NCBI GenBank assembly: GCA_902774245.1 | Contig: CACYHQ010000001.1 | Coordinates: 164,654-228,653 of the forward strand | Direction of reading: 5' to 3' | From: an uncultured bacterium | GTDB lineage: Bacteria > Verrucomicrobiota > Lentisphaeria > Victivallales > UBA1829 | DNA length: 64,000 nt | Shown here: piece after piece, positions 56,598 to 64,000 of the stretch | Position numbering within the stretch: the first letter of the stretch is position 1 | How the letters are laid out: every line of letters starts with the position of its first letter | Made by a program: the position numbers and the translations under genes | Notes under the pieces: generated by a model | Seen by the model: only the letters and a program-made list of their open reading frames with translations | Databases searched by the model: none | What the model was told of the DNA's origin: nothing

Positions 56598-57824
56598 ATG
56601 AAAATCCGTCAGCCCATCAAGCCGCAGACCGACGCGCAGCCCATCGACCAGCCGAAAAAACCGGCGTTGCCCGAGCTCGCCGTCTTTATTCTTTTCGCGT
56701 TCATGATCACGCTTTTCGGCCTCATCATGCTGTATTCCACCTCGTTCGTCACGCAGGGCAGCTCGTACTTCACGAAACAGCTGGTCTGGATGATCATCGG
56801 CCTCGTCGCGGGCGCGGGCACTGTCATGATCGGCAGCAAACGCCTCTCCGACTGGAGTCCGGTCATGATCCTCGTGCTGGACGTGCTTCTGGTATGGGCG
56901 CTCTTCTGCAAGCCGATCAACGGCGCACGGCGCTGGATCCAGCTCGCGGGCTTCACGCTTCAGCCGTCCGAACTCGGCAAAGTCGTCATCACGCTCTTCA
57001 TGGCGAAGTTTCTCGCTTCGCGCACGCGCGCCCTGGAAAGCGAACCCTTCTGGAAAGTCATGGTCCCGAGCGGGATCTGGGTCGGTCCGACCATCCTGCT
57101 CGTGCTCGCGGGCGAAGACCTGGGCACGACCGTCCTGCTCGGCTCGCTGTACCTGCTGATGCTGTTCGTGGCGGGGATGCGCCTGCGGTACATCCTGCCG
57201 TTCGCGCTGGTCCTGCCGCCGACCGCGGTCCTGGTCATCCAGAAATTCGACGCGATGCGCTGGAGCCGCCTCACGGTGTTCATGGACGCCGAAGCGTACA
57301 GGATGACCTCCGGCTACCAGCTGTGGAATTCCCTGCTCGCGCTCGGTTCGGGCGGCTGGACCGGAGTCGGCTTCACGGAAAGCCGCCTGAAACTGATGTA
57401 CCTTCCGGAAAACCACACCGACTTCATCCTGTCCATCGTGGGCGAGGAGCTCGGTTTCATCACGCTGCTAACCGTGATCGTGGCGTACCTGATCCTCGTG
57501 TTCGTCGGACTGCGCATCAGCGTGAAGGCGCGCACACGTCAGGGCATGCTCATCGCGTTCGGCATGAGCATCTTCATCGGCATGCAGGCGCTGATCAACA
57601 TCGGCGTCATCACGGCGGCCTTCCCGACCAAAGGCATGCCCGCCCCCATGATCAGCTACGGCGGCAGCAATCTGCTCGCCTGCCTCATCGCCTCGGCGTG
57701 CGTCGCCAGCGTGGCGATCGACTCCGCCATCCCGGACTACCAGGAGAAGCTCCTGGCCTGGACCGTAAAACGACTCCATTTCAGCCGTCCTCCCGGGACC
57801 GGGGACGCACAGCAATCATCTTGA
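56598..57824 (+). CDS. ftsW: SEDS-family peptidoglycan glycosyltransferase (FtsW/RodA)
   Basis: About 10 transmembrane helices. SEDS motifs are present (LGSGGWTGVGF, ISYGGSNLLA). It sits immediately upstream of murG, which favours FtsW. Confidence 0.8.
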   Translation: MKIRQPIKPQTDAQPIDQPKKPALPELAVFILFAFMITLFGLIMLYSTSFVTQGSSYFTKQLVWMIIGLVAGAGTVMIGSKRLSDWSPVMILVLDVLLVWALFCKPINGARRWIQLAGFTLQPSELGKVVITLFMAKFLASRTRALESEPFWKVMVPSGIWVGPTILLVLAGEDLGTTVLLGSLYLLMLFVAGMRLRYILPFALVLPPTAVLVIQKFDAMRWSRLTVFMDAEAYRMTSGYQLWNSLLALGSGGWTGVGFTESRLKLMYLPENHTDFILSIVGEELGFITLLTVIVAYLILVFVGLRISVKARTRQGMLIAFGMSIFIGMQALINIGVITAAFPTKGMPAPMISYGGSNLLACLIASACVASVAIDSAIPDYQEKLLAWTVKRLHFSRPPGTGDAQQSS

Positions 57825-57835
57825 AGGGACAAACC

Positions 57836-58975
57836 ATGCAGGAACTGAACCGACTTATCATCAGTTGCGGCGGCACGGGCGGTCATTTCAACCCCGGCCT
57901 GAGCACGGCATGCGCATTTCGCGACGCGGGCGGCAAGCCCCTGCTCATCCTCGGCGGCAAGCACTTCGAGGAACAGTCGAAGACCGCCGAAAAGAACGGC
58001 ATCGAATTCCGGCGCGTTTCCTGCGCCCCGCTTTCGAAAAGCCTGTCCGGTGCGCTTCAATTCCTCTCGCAGCAGATGAAGGGCATCCGCGAGGCGAAAG
58101 CCATCTTCCTCGAGTTCAAGCCGGACGCAGTCCTCTCCATGGGCGCGTTTCCCTCCATCCCAGCCTCCGTCGCCGCCTGGCGCACCGGCATCCCGCTCTT
58201 CCTGCACGACGGCAACGCGCGCATCGGCAAATCCAACCGCGTCTTCAGCCGCATCGCGTCCGGCATCGCGCTCTCCTTCCCCGCCGTGAACGCAAATACG
58301 CTGCACTGCCCCTCCGCCGTGACGGGGCTTCCGCTCCGCAAGGCCCTGCTGGAGGACGTCCCCGCGTCCAAGGAAGAGGCGATCGCCCGCATCAATGCCA
58401 CGCGCGGCACCTCGTTCTTGCCCGACCGTCCGACTGTCCTCGTGTTCGGCGGTTCGCTGGGCGCGGCGGCCATCAACGAGAATTTCACGATCCCGATCGA
58501 CCATCCGGGCGCGAAATCGCTTCAGGTCATCCATCTCTCCGGCCCCGGAAAGTACGACGCGATCCATGACAAATATTCCGCGTGCGGCGTCAACGCGCTC
58601 ACGCTCGAATCCGCCTCGGACATGCAGAACCTCTACATGGCGTCGGACCTCGTGGTGTGCCGCGCAGGCGGCAGCACCGTCTCCGAACTCGCCATCTTCG
58701 GCCGCTACGCCGTGCTGATCCCGTATCCGTACGCCGCGGAGGGCCATCAGGACGACAACGCGCGGCTGTTGGCGCAGACCGGAGCCGCCCGGATCGTTTC
58801 GAACGCCGAATGCTCCCCGTCGCTGTTTCGAAGTATTCTTGCCGAGTTTCTGGACGATCCCGGCAAGGTCCGCGAGGAGGGCAAAGGCGCGCTCGCCATG
58901 GCGCAGCCGAAGGCCGCAGTCAACGTCATCGAATTCATCGAAAACTCCCTGAAAACCGCCCGTTCCAAAGCATAA
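57836..58975 (+). CDS. murG: undecaprenyldiphospho-muramoylpentapeptide beta-N-acetylglucosaminyltransferase
   Basis: Begins IISCGGTGGHFNPGLS, the G-loop 1. Has the GT28 C-terminal domain (VFGGSLGAAAIN, CRAGGSTVSELA). Confidence 0.85.
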   Translation: MQELNRLIISCGGTGGHFNPGLSTACAFRDAGGKPLLILGGKHFEEQSKTAEKNGIEFRRVSCAPLSKSLSGALQFLSQQMKGIREAKAIFLEFKPDAVLSMGAFPSIPASVAAWRTGIPLFLHDGNARIGKSNRVFSRIASGIALSFPAVNANTLHCPSAVTGLPLRKALLEDVPASKEEAIARINATRGTSFLPDRPTVLVFGGSLGAAAINENFTIPIDHPGAKSLQVIHLSGPGKYDAIHDKYSACGVNALTLESASDMQNLYMASDLVVCRAGGSTVSELAIFGRYAVLIPYPYAAEGHQDDNARLLAQTGAARIVSNAECSPSLFRSILAEFLDDPGKVREEGKGALAMAQPKAAVNVIEFIENSLKTARSKA

Positions 58976-58995
58976 AACCATACCGCCGGTCCGCC

Positions 58996-60732
58996 ATGAA
59001 AATACGTTGTCCGCAGTGCCAGAGAATCAGCGAGATCCCCCATGTCGATCATGGCAGGATCGCCGTCTGCGCCTGCAAGGCTACATTCCGGATCGACGAT
59101 TCCACCGTCGTGGAGGAGCTTTCCCTCCCCGACCTCCCGCCGCCGGAATCCATCGGACGCTACACGATCGTGCGCTACCTCGGACGAGGTGCGCTGAACT
59201 GCGTTTACGAGGGCATCCATCCCGACCTCGGCATCCCCGTCGCGATCAAGACGCTCCTCCCCGAATACGCCTCGGACAAGCCGACCCGCGAAATGTTCCT
59301 GCATGCGATCAAAGCCTACGCGAAGGCGGTCCACCCGAACATCGTCAAAGTCTACGAGACAGGCCGGGACACGAACGGCGTCCCGTATCTGGTCATGGAG
59401 TTTCTTCCCGGCGGCACACTCGCGGACCGACTCCTGAAAGACGGTTTTTTCTCTGCAAAGGAGGCGGCGAAGATCGGCACGGATATCTGTCGTGCGCTCG
59501 TCGTGACCGCCGGACTCGGCATCGTCCACCGCGACATCAAGCCGGACAATATCATGCTCTCCGCCGACGGACAATACAAACTTACGGACCTCGGACTTGC
59601 CAAACTCGACGCATCGGCCGCCGCCGGGAACAGCGCGCTCGTCCTGGACGAGATCAATCCGGCCGGATCGGCCCGGAAAACGAGTTTCGGTACGCTCGAA
59701 TACATGTCACCGGAACAGTACATCGACTCCGAATCCTGCGACATCCGGTCGGACATCTATTCGCTCGGCGTGACCCTGTACCAGCTCGCGACCGGACGCC
59801 TGCCCTTCGAAACGCAGACACGTTCCGAACTCCGCCACATGCACATCTCCGTCGAGCCGCTCGTCCCCAGCACCTACATGCACGGCATTCCCATTGATTT
59901 CGACTACATCGTCATGCACTGCATCCAGAAACGACCGGACGACCGCTACAACACCCCGGAAGAACTGCTCGCAGACCTCGAAGCTTTCCTTGCGGACGCA
60001 CCGCTTCCCTCGACCACGTGCGGCGCGGTTCCGTTTGTCCGTACTCCCGCGCTCACCGGACGCCCGGCGGAGGAAAAACGTTCCCTGCTGCTGCCCGCCA
60101 TCGCCGCTGTGCTTGTCCTGCTGATCCTCATAAGCGCCGGACTGATCATTCTGAAGGAACGTTCCCGGACGGGACAACATACGATGCAACCACAACAGAT
60201 CGCCGACTCGGCCATTGGCTCTTTGCCTGAAATCGAATCCTCCCGAACGGAACCGTCCGTTCTGCAAAACCGTCCATCCACGAAATCGCTCGGTGCGGAA
60301 ATCACGATCGCCGGAGAAAGCATCGACTTGAAAACATCCGGGCTGTTCGAGGAAACGAAGAAAGCGGCGGCACAGGCTATGACGGACGGCTTCGGCTTCA
60401 AAAAAGCCATCGAGGACCTGGACACCTTCAGCTCGTCCGAGGAATATCAGCAGGAAGCGCTCACCCTTATATCCGAACTGAAAAAGGCATCCGACGCGGC
60501 CGTCGCGAAGCTCATGGAATCCTTGAACGAAAAGGCCGCAAAACTCATGGAAGACGGGAATATCGACGGTGCGATCAACGTCTACAGCACCGACATCGGA
60601 CCGCTCGCGCCGGAATCACAGATCGAGCGCGAACGGAAGATCCGCGAGCTTGAACGGAAACGTCAGAATGCCGCACCCCGCGCCCCCGAAGGATCCGGCG
60701 AATCCACGGTCGGAGAGGAACCTATCCCATGA
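58996..60732 (+). CDS. Hanks-type Ser/Thr protein kinase with N-terminal zinc ribbon, transmembrane helix and extracytoplasmic C-terminal domain
   Basis: Zinc ribbon MKIRCPQCQRISEIPHVDHGRIAVCAC. Kinase motifs VAIK, HRDIKPDN, DLG and SPE are present. Transmembrane helix LLLPAIAAVLVLLILISAGLIIL. Confidence 0.75.
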   Translation: MKIRCPQCQRISEIPHVDHGRIAVCACKATFRIDDSTVVEELSLPDLPPPESIGRYTIVRYLGRGALNCVYEGIHPDLGIPVAIKTLLPEYASDKPTREMFLHAIKAYAKAVHPNIVKVYETGRDTNGVPYLVMEFLPGGTLADRLLKDGFFSAKEAAKIGTDICRALVVTAGLGIVHRDIKPDNIMLSADGQYKLTDLGLAKLDASAAAGNSALVLDEINPAGSARKTSFGTLEYMSPEQYIDSESCDIRSDIYSLGVTLYQLATGRLPFETQTRSELRHMHISVEPLVPSTYMHGIPIDFDYIVMHCIQKRPDDRYNTPEELLADLEAFLADAPLPSTTCGAVPFVRTPALTGRPAEEKRSLLLPAIAAVLVLLILISAGLIILKERSRTGQHTMQPQQIADSAIGSLPEIESSRTEPSVLQNRPSTKSLGAEITIAGESIDLKTSGLFEETKKAAAQAMTDGFGFKKAIEDLDTFSSSEEYQQEALTLISELKKASDAAVAKLMESLNEKAAKLMEDGNIDGAINVYSTDIGPLAPESQIERERKIRELERKRQNAAPRAPEGSGESTVGEEPIP

Positions 60733-61697
60733 TCCCCCCCTCAACATCTTCGCATAGACTTCCGCGCATCCTCGTCTGCGGCCCGAATCCCTCCTGGCAG
60801 AAGACGCTCACATTCGACGAATTTCGTCCGCGCGAGGTCAACCGCGCACTGGAACGTGACTGCCGCGCCTCCGGCAAGGGCGTGAACTTCGCCCGTGCCG
60901 TCCGCACCTGGGGGACCGCGGTCCCGCTCGTGTACCAGTTCTCAGGCGGCGCGAACGGACAGTATCTCGAATCATGGCTCCGCCGGGAAAGCATTGAATT
61001 CGCCAGCCGGGAGATCGCGGACGAAACGCGCTGCTGCACGACGGTCCTTTGCAGAAAGCACGCCTGCATGACCGAGCTGATCGAGCCGTCGCCGTCCGTC
61101 ACGGCGGAGGATGTTGATTCCCTGACAAAACGGATCCTTTCCGATTTCCCGGACGCCGATGCGCTGGCGCTCTGCGGCACGCTTCCGGGCGGACCGCTGG
61201 AGGAGTTCTACGCCACGCTCGCAAAAGAGGCTGTCCGAGCTGAAAAACCGGTTCTGATTGACTCCGTGGAGCATTTCGACGAAACGCTCGCCGCGGGTGT
61301 CCAATTCCTGAAGATCAACAGCGGCGAACTCCTGACCGTAACCGGGGCTTCCGATCCCGAATCCGCCGCGCTCGGCCTGCTGAACCGGTTCCCGCTCCTG
61401 TGCGCCGCCATTACCGACGGCCCCGACAAAGCGTTTATCGCGTGGCAGGGCAAGATCTATCGTATCTCCATCCCGCCGCTCTCCGGCGTCCGCAATCCCC
61501 TCGGCGCGGGCGACGTCTGTTCCGGCGTGATGCTCTCCGAACTGCTCGCCGGCGCGTCCCCCGTCGAAGCGTTCACTGCCGGACTCGCCGCCGCATGCGC
61601 GAGCTGCCTCACGCAGTATGCCGCGGAATTCGACCGGACGGAAGCGCTCCGCATCAAAAACGAAATGCGGATCGAGGCCGCGCCCCGTACCACCTGA
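60729..61697 (+). CDS. PfkB-family carbohydrate kinase (1-phosphofructokinase/tagatose-6-phosphate kinase-like)
   Basis: The NPLGAGD anion-hole motif and GKGVN N-terminal motif are present. Overlaps the kinase stop by 4 nt. Confidence 0.7.
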   Translation: MIPPSTSSHRLPRILVCGPNPSWQKTLTFDEFRPREVNRALERDCRASGKGVNFARAVRTWGTAVPLVYQFSGGANGQYLESWLRRESIEFASREIADETRCCTTVLCRKHACMTELIEPSPSVTAEDVDSLTKRILSDFPDADALALCGTLPGGPLEEFYATLAKEAVRAEKPVLIDSVEHFDETLAAGVQFLKINSGELLTVTGASDPESAALGLLNRFPLLCAAITDGPDKAFIAWQGKIYRISIPPLSGVRNPLGAGDVCSGVMLSELLAGASPVEAFTAGLAAACASCLTQYAAEFDRTEALRIKNEMRIEAAPRTT

Positions 61698-61748
61698 ACA
61701 ACCAAGAATCAACCATATCAAACAATACAATCTGAAAGGAACCTATCC

Positions 61749-62777
61749 ATGAGCTCCAATTCTTCCGGCGGATTCCTCCGCAGTTGCCTGATCGTGTTCG
61801 GCATCTTCTTTGTCATCTGCATCATCGGCTTCATCGGTCTCGTCGTGTGCGTCGGCACCGTCGCCGGTGCAATCGGCAACAGTGCGGCGCTCAACTCGAG
61901 CACGGCCGAATACACCACCGAATTCATCAGCGGCAACAAGGGCGCTGACAAACGGATCGCCGTCATCGACGTGAAGGGCACGATCGCGAGCGAAGGCGAG
62001 GCCTTCGGCGAAGTCATCGCGAACTCCAAACAGATCGTCAAGCTCATCCGCGCCGCGAAGGACGACGAGAGCGTGAAGGCGATCATCGTCGACCTCGACA
62101 CCCCCGGCGGCGAAGTCACCGCTTCCGACGAGATCTACCACGAGCTCAAGCTCTGCGGCAAGCCCGTTGTCGCCATGATGAACACGATGGCGGCCAGCGG
62201 CGGCTACTACGTCGCGTGCGGCGCGAACAAGATCGTCGCGAACAAGTTCACCATGACCGGCAGCATCGGCGTCATCATCTCCACCGTGGACGTCTCCGGC
62301 CTGCTCGACTGGGCCAAGGTCAAGCCCGAGTTCTACACTTCCGGCAAGATGAAGACCATGCTCAATCCCGCCAAGCCCACCACCGAAGAGGAAGCCAAGG
62401 TCGTCCAGGCGCTCGTCATGGACGCCTACAAGGAATTCGCAGGGATCGTCTCCGAAGCCAGAAACATCCCGCTTGAGAAGATCACCCAGGGCGAACTCGG
62501 CGACGGACGCGTCTTCGACGGCGAACAGGCGCTCGCGAACGGTCTCGTGGACCAGATCGGCTACTTCTCGACCGCCGAGGACGCCGCGCTCGAACTCGCC
62601 GGACTCACCCGTGACAACTGCGCCATCGAACGCTTCAAAAACACCTCCTCCCTCGCCGACCTCCTCGGCATGTTCGGCGTGAAGTCGCAGCCCGTCACGT
62701 TCAACTCGCTCCTCTCCGGCACGAACGTCGTCCTCCCGAAGGCCGGCTGCCCCTACTACCTCGCAACCGGCCTCTGA
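61749..62777 (+). CDS. sppA: signal peptide peptidase SppA (36K type)
   Basis: Has an N-terminal transmembrane helix and a ClpP/crotonase-fold domain with the catalytic Ser in GSIGVI. The Lys region is also present. Confidence 0.8.
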   Translation: MSSNSSGGFLRSCLIVFGIFFVICIIGFIGLVVCVGTVAGAIGNSAALNSSTAEYTTEFISGNKGADKRIAVIDVKGTIASEGEAFGEVIANSKQIVKLIRAAKDDESVKAIIVDLDTPGGEVTASDEIYHELKLCGKPVVAMMNTMAASGGYYVACGANKIVANKFTMTGSIGVIISTVDVSGLLDWAKVKPEFYTSGKMKTMLNPAKPTTEEEAKVVQALVMDAYKEFAGIVSEARNIPLEKITQGELGDGRVFDGEQALANGLVDQIGYFSTAEDAALELAGLTRDNCAIERFKNTSSLADLLGMFGVKSQPVTFNSLLSGTNVVLPKAGCPYYLATGL

Positions 62778-62802
62778 TCGACCTCATCCCTTCTCGCGAG
62801 CC

Positions 62803-63807
62803 ATGAGAGATTTCGAACGGGAAGTCAGCAACGCCGCCGGGCCGCTTCCGCCGATTAAGACGGAGGAGTTCTCCTGGTCCCTCGCCAGGCACTACCTCTT
62901 CCGGTTCTGCCGCCGGGCGTATTTCATCCGGTACTACCTCGCGCAGGGCGGGTGGGACGTCTATTCCCACACGCTAGCCCGCGAGGCGTATTTCAGCAAG
63001 TACCTGATGCCGTTCGACACCTGGCTCTCGCGCACGCTCCGCGACTCCATCCGCGAGGCGTTCGCCAAGATGAGCGCCGGTTCCCCCGGCCACAAGCGCC
63101 GCGGCTTCGGGTTCTACCTGCTGCGTCAGATCGGCAAGGCCACGGCGGACCTGCAGCTCAGCCTGAAGAACCGCGAATACCTCTACGACGCGAAACGCCC
63201 CGCGATTCTGGAGTATCACCTCGGGATCGGCGATTTCGCCGACGTCGACAAGCTCACCGCCATGGCCGTCTCCATCCTCGGCGACGCCTACGCCATGCTC
63301 TCCCGCTCCGACATCATCGCCGACCTCGCGAACATCAGCTTTGTCGACCTCCGCACCGACGACGTCTTCATCAGCATCGACTACAAGGGATTCCCCGTCT
63401 GGCTCGTCCCCGGCCTCATCTACTTCCACGAGGGCGCGGCGTCCGCCATCGACGCCGAGGTCCGCCTCACCGGCGGCGAGAACACCACCGACTTTTTCGC
63501 GCGCATCGGACGCCTGAACTCGCTCTTCGCCCTCTACTGCGCCAGACGCTACCCCGGATTCCCCGTCAACATCACCACGTTCACCTTCTCGAAGGAACTC
63601 TCCAGCGTGGTCTACAACCTCTTCGAGCCCGACATTGAGTCCCTGATCGACAAAAGCAGCGCGGAGATGCTCGCGCTCGTCGACAAGGACGGCCTCGCCC
63701 ACCCCGAGGACTTCCCGCCCTGCGAAAACCGCGACGCCTGCCGCACCTGCCGTTACCAGTCCGCATGCCGCCTCCTCGAAAGCGCCATGCAGGGCAAACA
63801 GGTCTGA
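62803..63807 (+). CDS. PD-(D/E)XK nuclease-like protein with Cas4/AddB-type C-terminal cysteine cluster
   Basis: Has an N-terminal Cys (FRFCRR), a D...(D/E)xK-like core (GDFADVD ... ISIDYKG) and a C-terminal C-x5-C-x2-C-x5-C (CENRDACRTCRYQSAC). Confidence 0.45.
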   Translation: MRDFEREVSNAAGPLPPIKTEEFSWSLARHYLFRFCRRAYFIRYYLAQGGWDVYSHTLAREAYFSKYLMPFDTWLSRTLRDSIREAFAKMSAGSPGHKRRGFGFYLLRQIGKATADLQLSLKNREYLYDAKRPAILEYHLGIGDFADVDKLTAMAVSILGDAYAMLSRSDIIADLANISFVDLRTDDVFISIDYKGFPVWLVPGLIYFHEGAASAIDAEVRLTGGENTTDFFARIGRLNSLFALYCARRYPGFPVNITTFTFSKELSSVVYNLFEPDIESLIDKSSAEMLALVDKDGLAHPEDFPPCENRDACRTCRYQSACRLLESAMQGKQV

Positions 63808-63822
63808 GTTTGAGGTGAAACC

Positions 63823-64000
63823 ATGATCCAGGACTCCGGCGAAATATTCCGTGTAGTCTCCGACTACGAACCCGCGGGCGACCAGGCCGACGCCATCCGC
63901 CAGCTGAAGGAAAACCTCGACCGCGGCATCCGCCACCAGACGCTCCTCGGCGTCACGGGCAGCGGCAAGACCTTTACGCTCGCGAAACTCCTCGAATCCG
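63823..64000 (+). CDS. uvrB: excinuclease ABC subunit B, N-terminal fragment; continues beyond the window
   Basis: Begins [51 protein letters not shown], the UvrB N-terminus with the Walker A motif. Confidence 0.85.
   Translation, partial: MIQDSGEIFRVVSDYEPAGDQADAIRQLKENLDRGIRHQTLLGVTGSGKTFTLAKLLES

Noticed and set aside
1-64000. tRNA, rRNA, CRISPR arrays and integrase/transposase genes
   Set aside because: All intergenic regions longer than 50 bp were scanned for T-loop-like GTTCRANYC motifs, cloverleaf potential and repeat-spacer arrays. None was found.

Overview
This is a high-GC (about 62-65%) bacterial chromosomal segment. Almost all of it is housekeeping genes, consistent with a Planctomycetes-Verrucomicrobia-Chlamydiae-like or similar Gram-negative anaerobe; that assignment rests on gene content only and is uncertain.

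Top candidates for a previously undescribed system, none conclusively novel:
- the zinc-ribbon/CD225/DUF2752/SPFH membrane-protein cluster (28116-32974)
- a terminase-less Mu-like small-terminase/portal module (53309-55613)
- a GspG pseudopilin fused to a dead glutathione peroxidase domain, next to an unlisted 59-aa hydrophobic ORF in a low-GC islet (37380-38717)

Minus-strand blocks (positions 1-26066):
- RND efflux pair: AcrB-like permease (partial) plus membrane fusion protein.
- A long co-directional block: lplA, HNH endonuclease, UbiA prenyltransferase, TatD, zinc-ribbon acidic protein, nifS, nifU, trpS, zinc-ribbon coiled-coil protein, type-2 ileS.
- A formylglycine-generating-enzyme family lipoprotein.
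- Pyruvate:ferredoxin oxidoreductase with a clean sigma70 promoter.
- A histone-H1-like protein with Lys/Ala/Pro repeats, encoded by 48-bp tandem repeats.
- mrdA-mreD-mreC, and tkt.

Plus-strand block (26335-37294):
- GT39/ArnT-like glycosyltransferase.
- Two zinc-ribbon/CD225(dispanin)-like membrane proteins plus a DUF2752 protein.
- Neighbours of that cluster: a divergent coiled-coil membrane protein and an SPFH/band-7 protein with a polytopic N-terminal domain.
- DEAD-box helicase, SpoU methyltransferase, nadK, coaB, a SAM-dependent methyltransferase.

Middle region (37255-50992):
- A low-GC islet with an unlisted 59-aa two-transmembrane ORF.
- A GspG-pseudopilin domain fused to a degenerate glutathione-peroxidase-like domain.
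- mutS and xseB.
- A zinc-ribbon membrane protein, an alpha/beta hydrolase and an MTHFR-like gene pair.
- The dctPQM TRAP transporter, class II fba with its terminator, and RNase HIII.

Final region (51196-64000):
- A 636-aa secreted protein of unknown function.
- A terminator-flanked phage-Mu-like remnant: a gp27-like small-terminase gene directly followed by a gp29-like portal gene and a small ORF. The large terminase gene that normally sits between them is missing.
- A lipoprotein, ftsW/rodA, murG, a zinc-ribbon Hanks-type Ser/Thr kinase, a PfkB kinase, sppA, a Cas4-like PD-(D/E)XK nuclease, and the start of uvrB.

Other observations:
- No tRNA, rRNA or CRISPR array was recognised.
- Notable non-coding structure: a paired REP-like palindromic element (37255, 45517) and a duplicated 63-bp hairpin element (49770, 49959).
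- A G10 homopolymer sits at codons 16-18 of a zinc-ribbon membrane protein gene (10401-10410).
- Many long plus-strand ORFs in the supplied track are antisense artefacts of high GC content and are not reported as genes.
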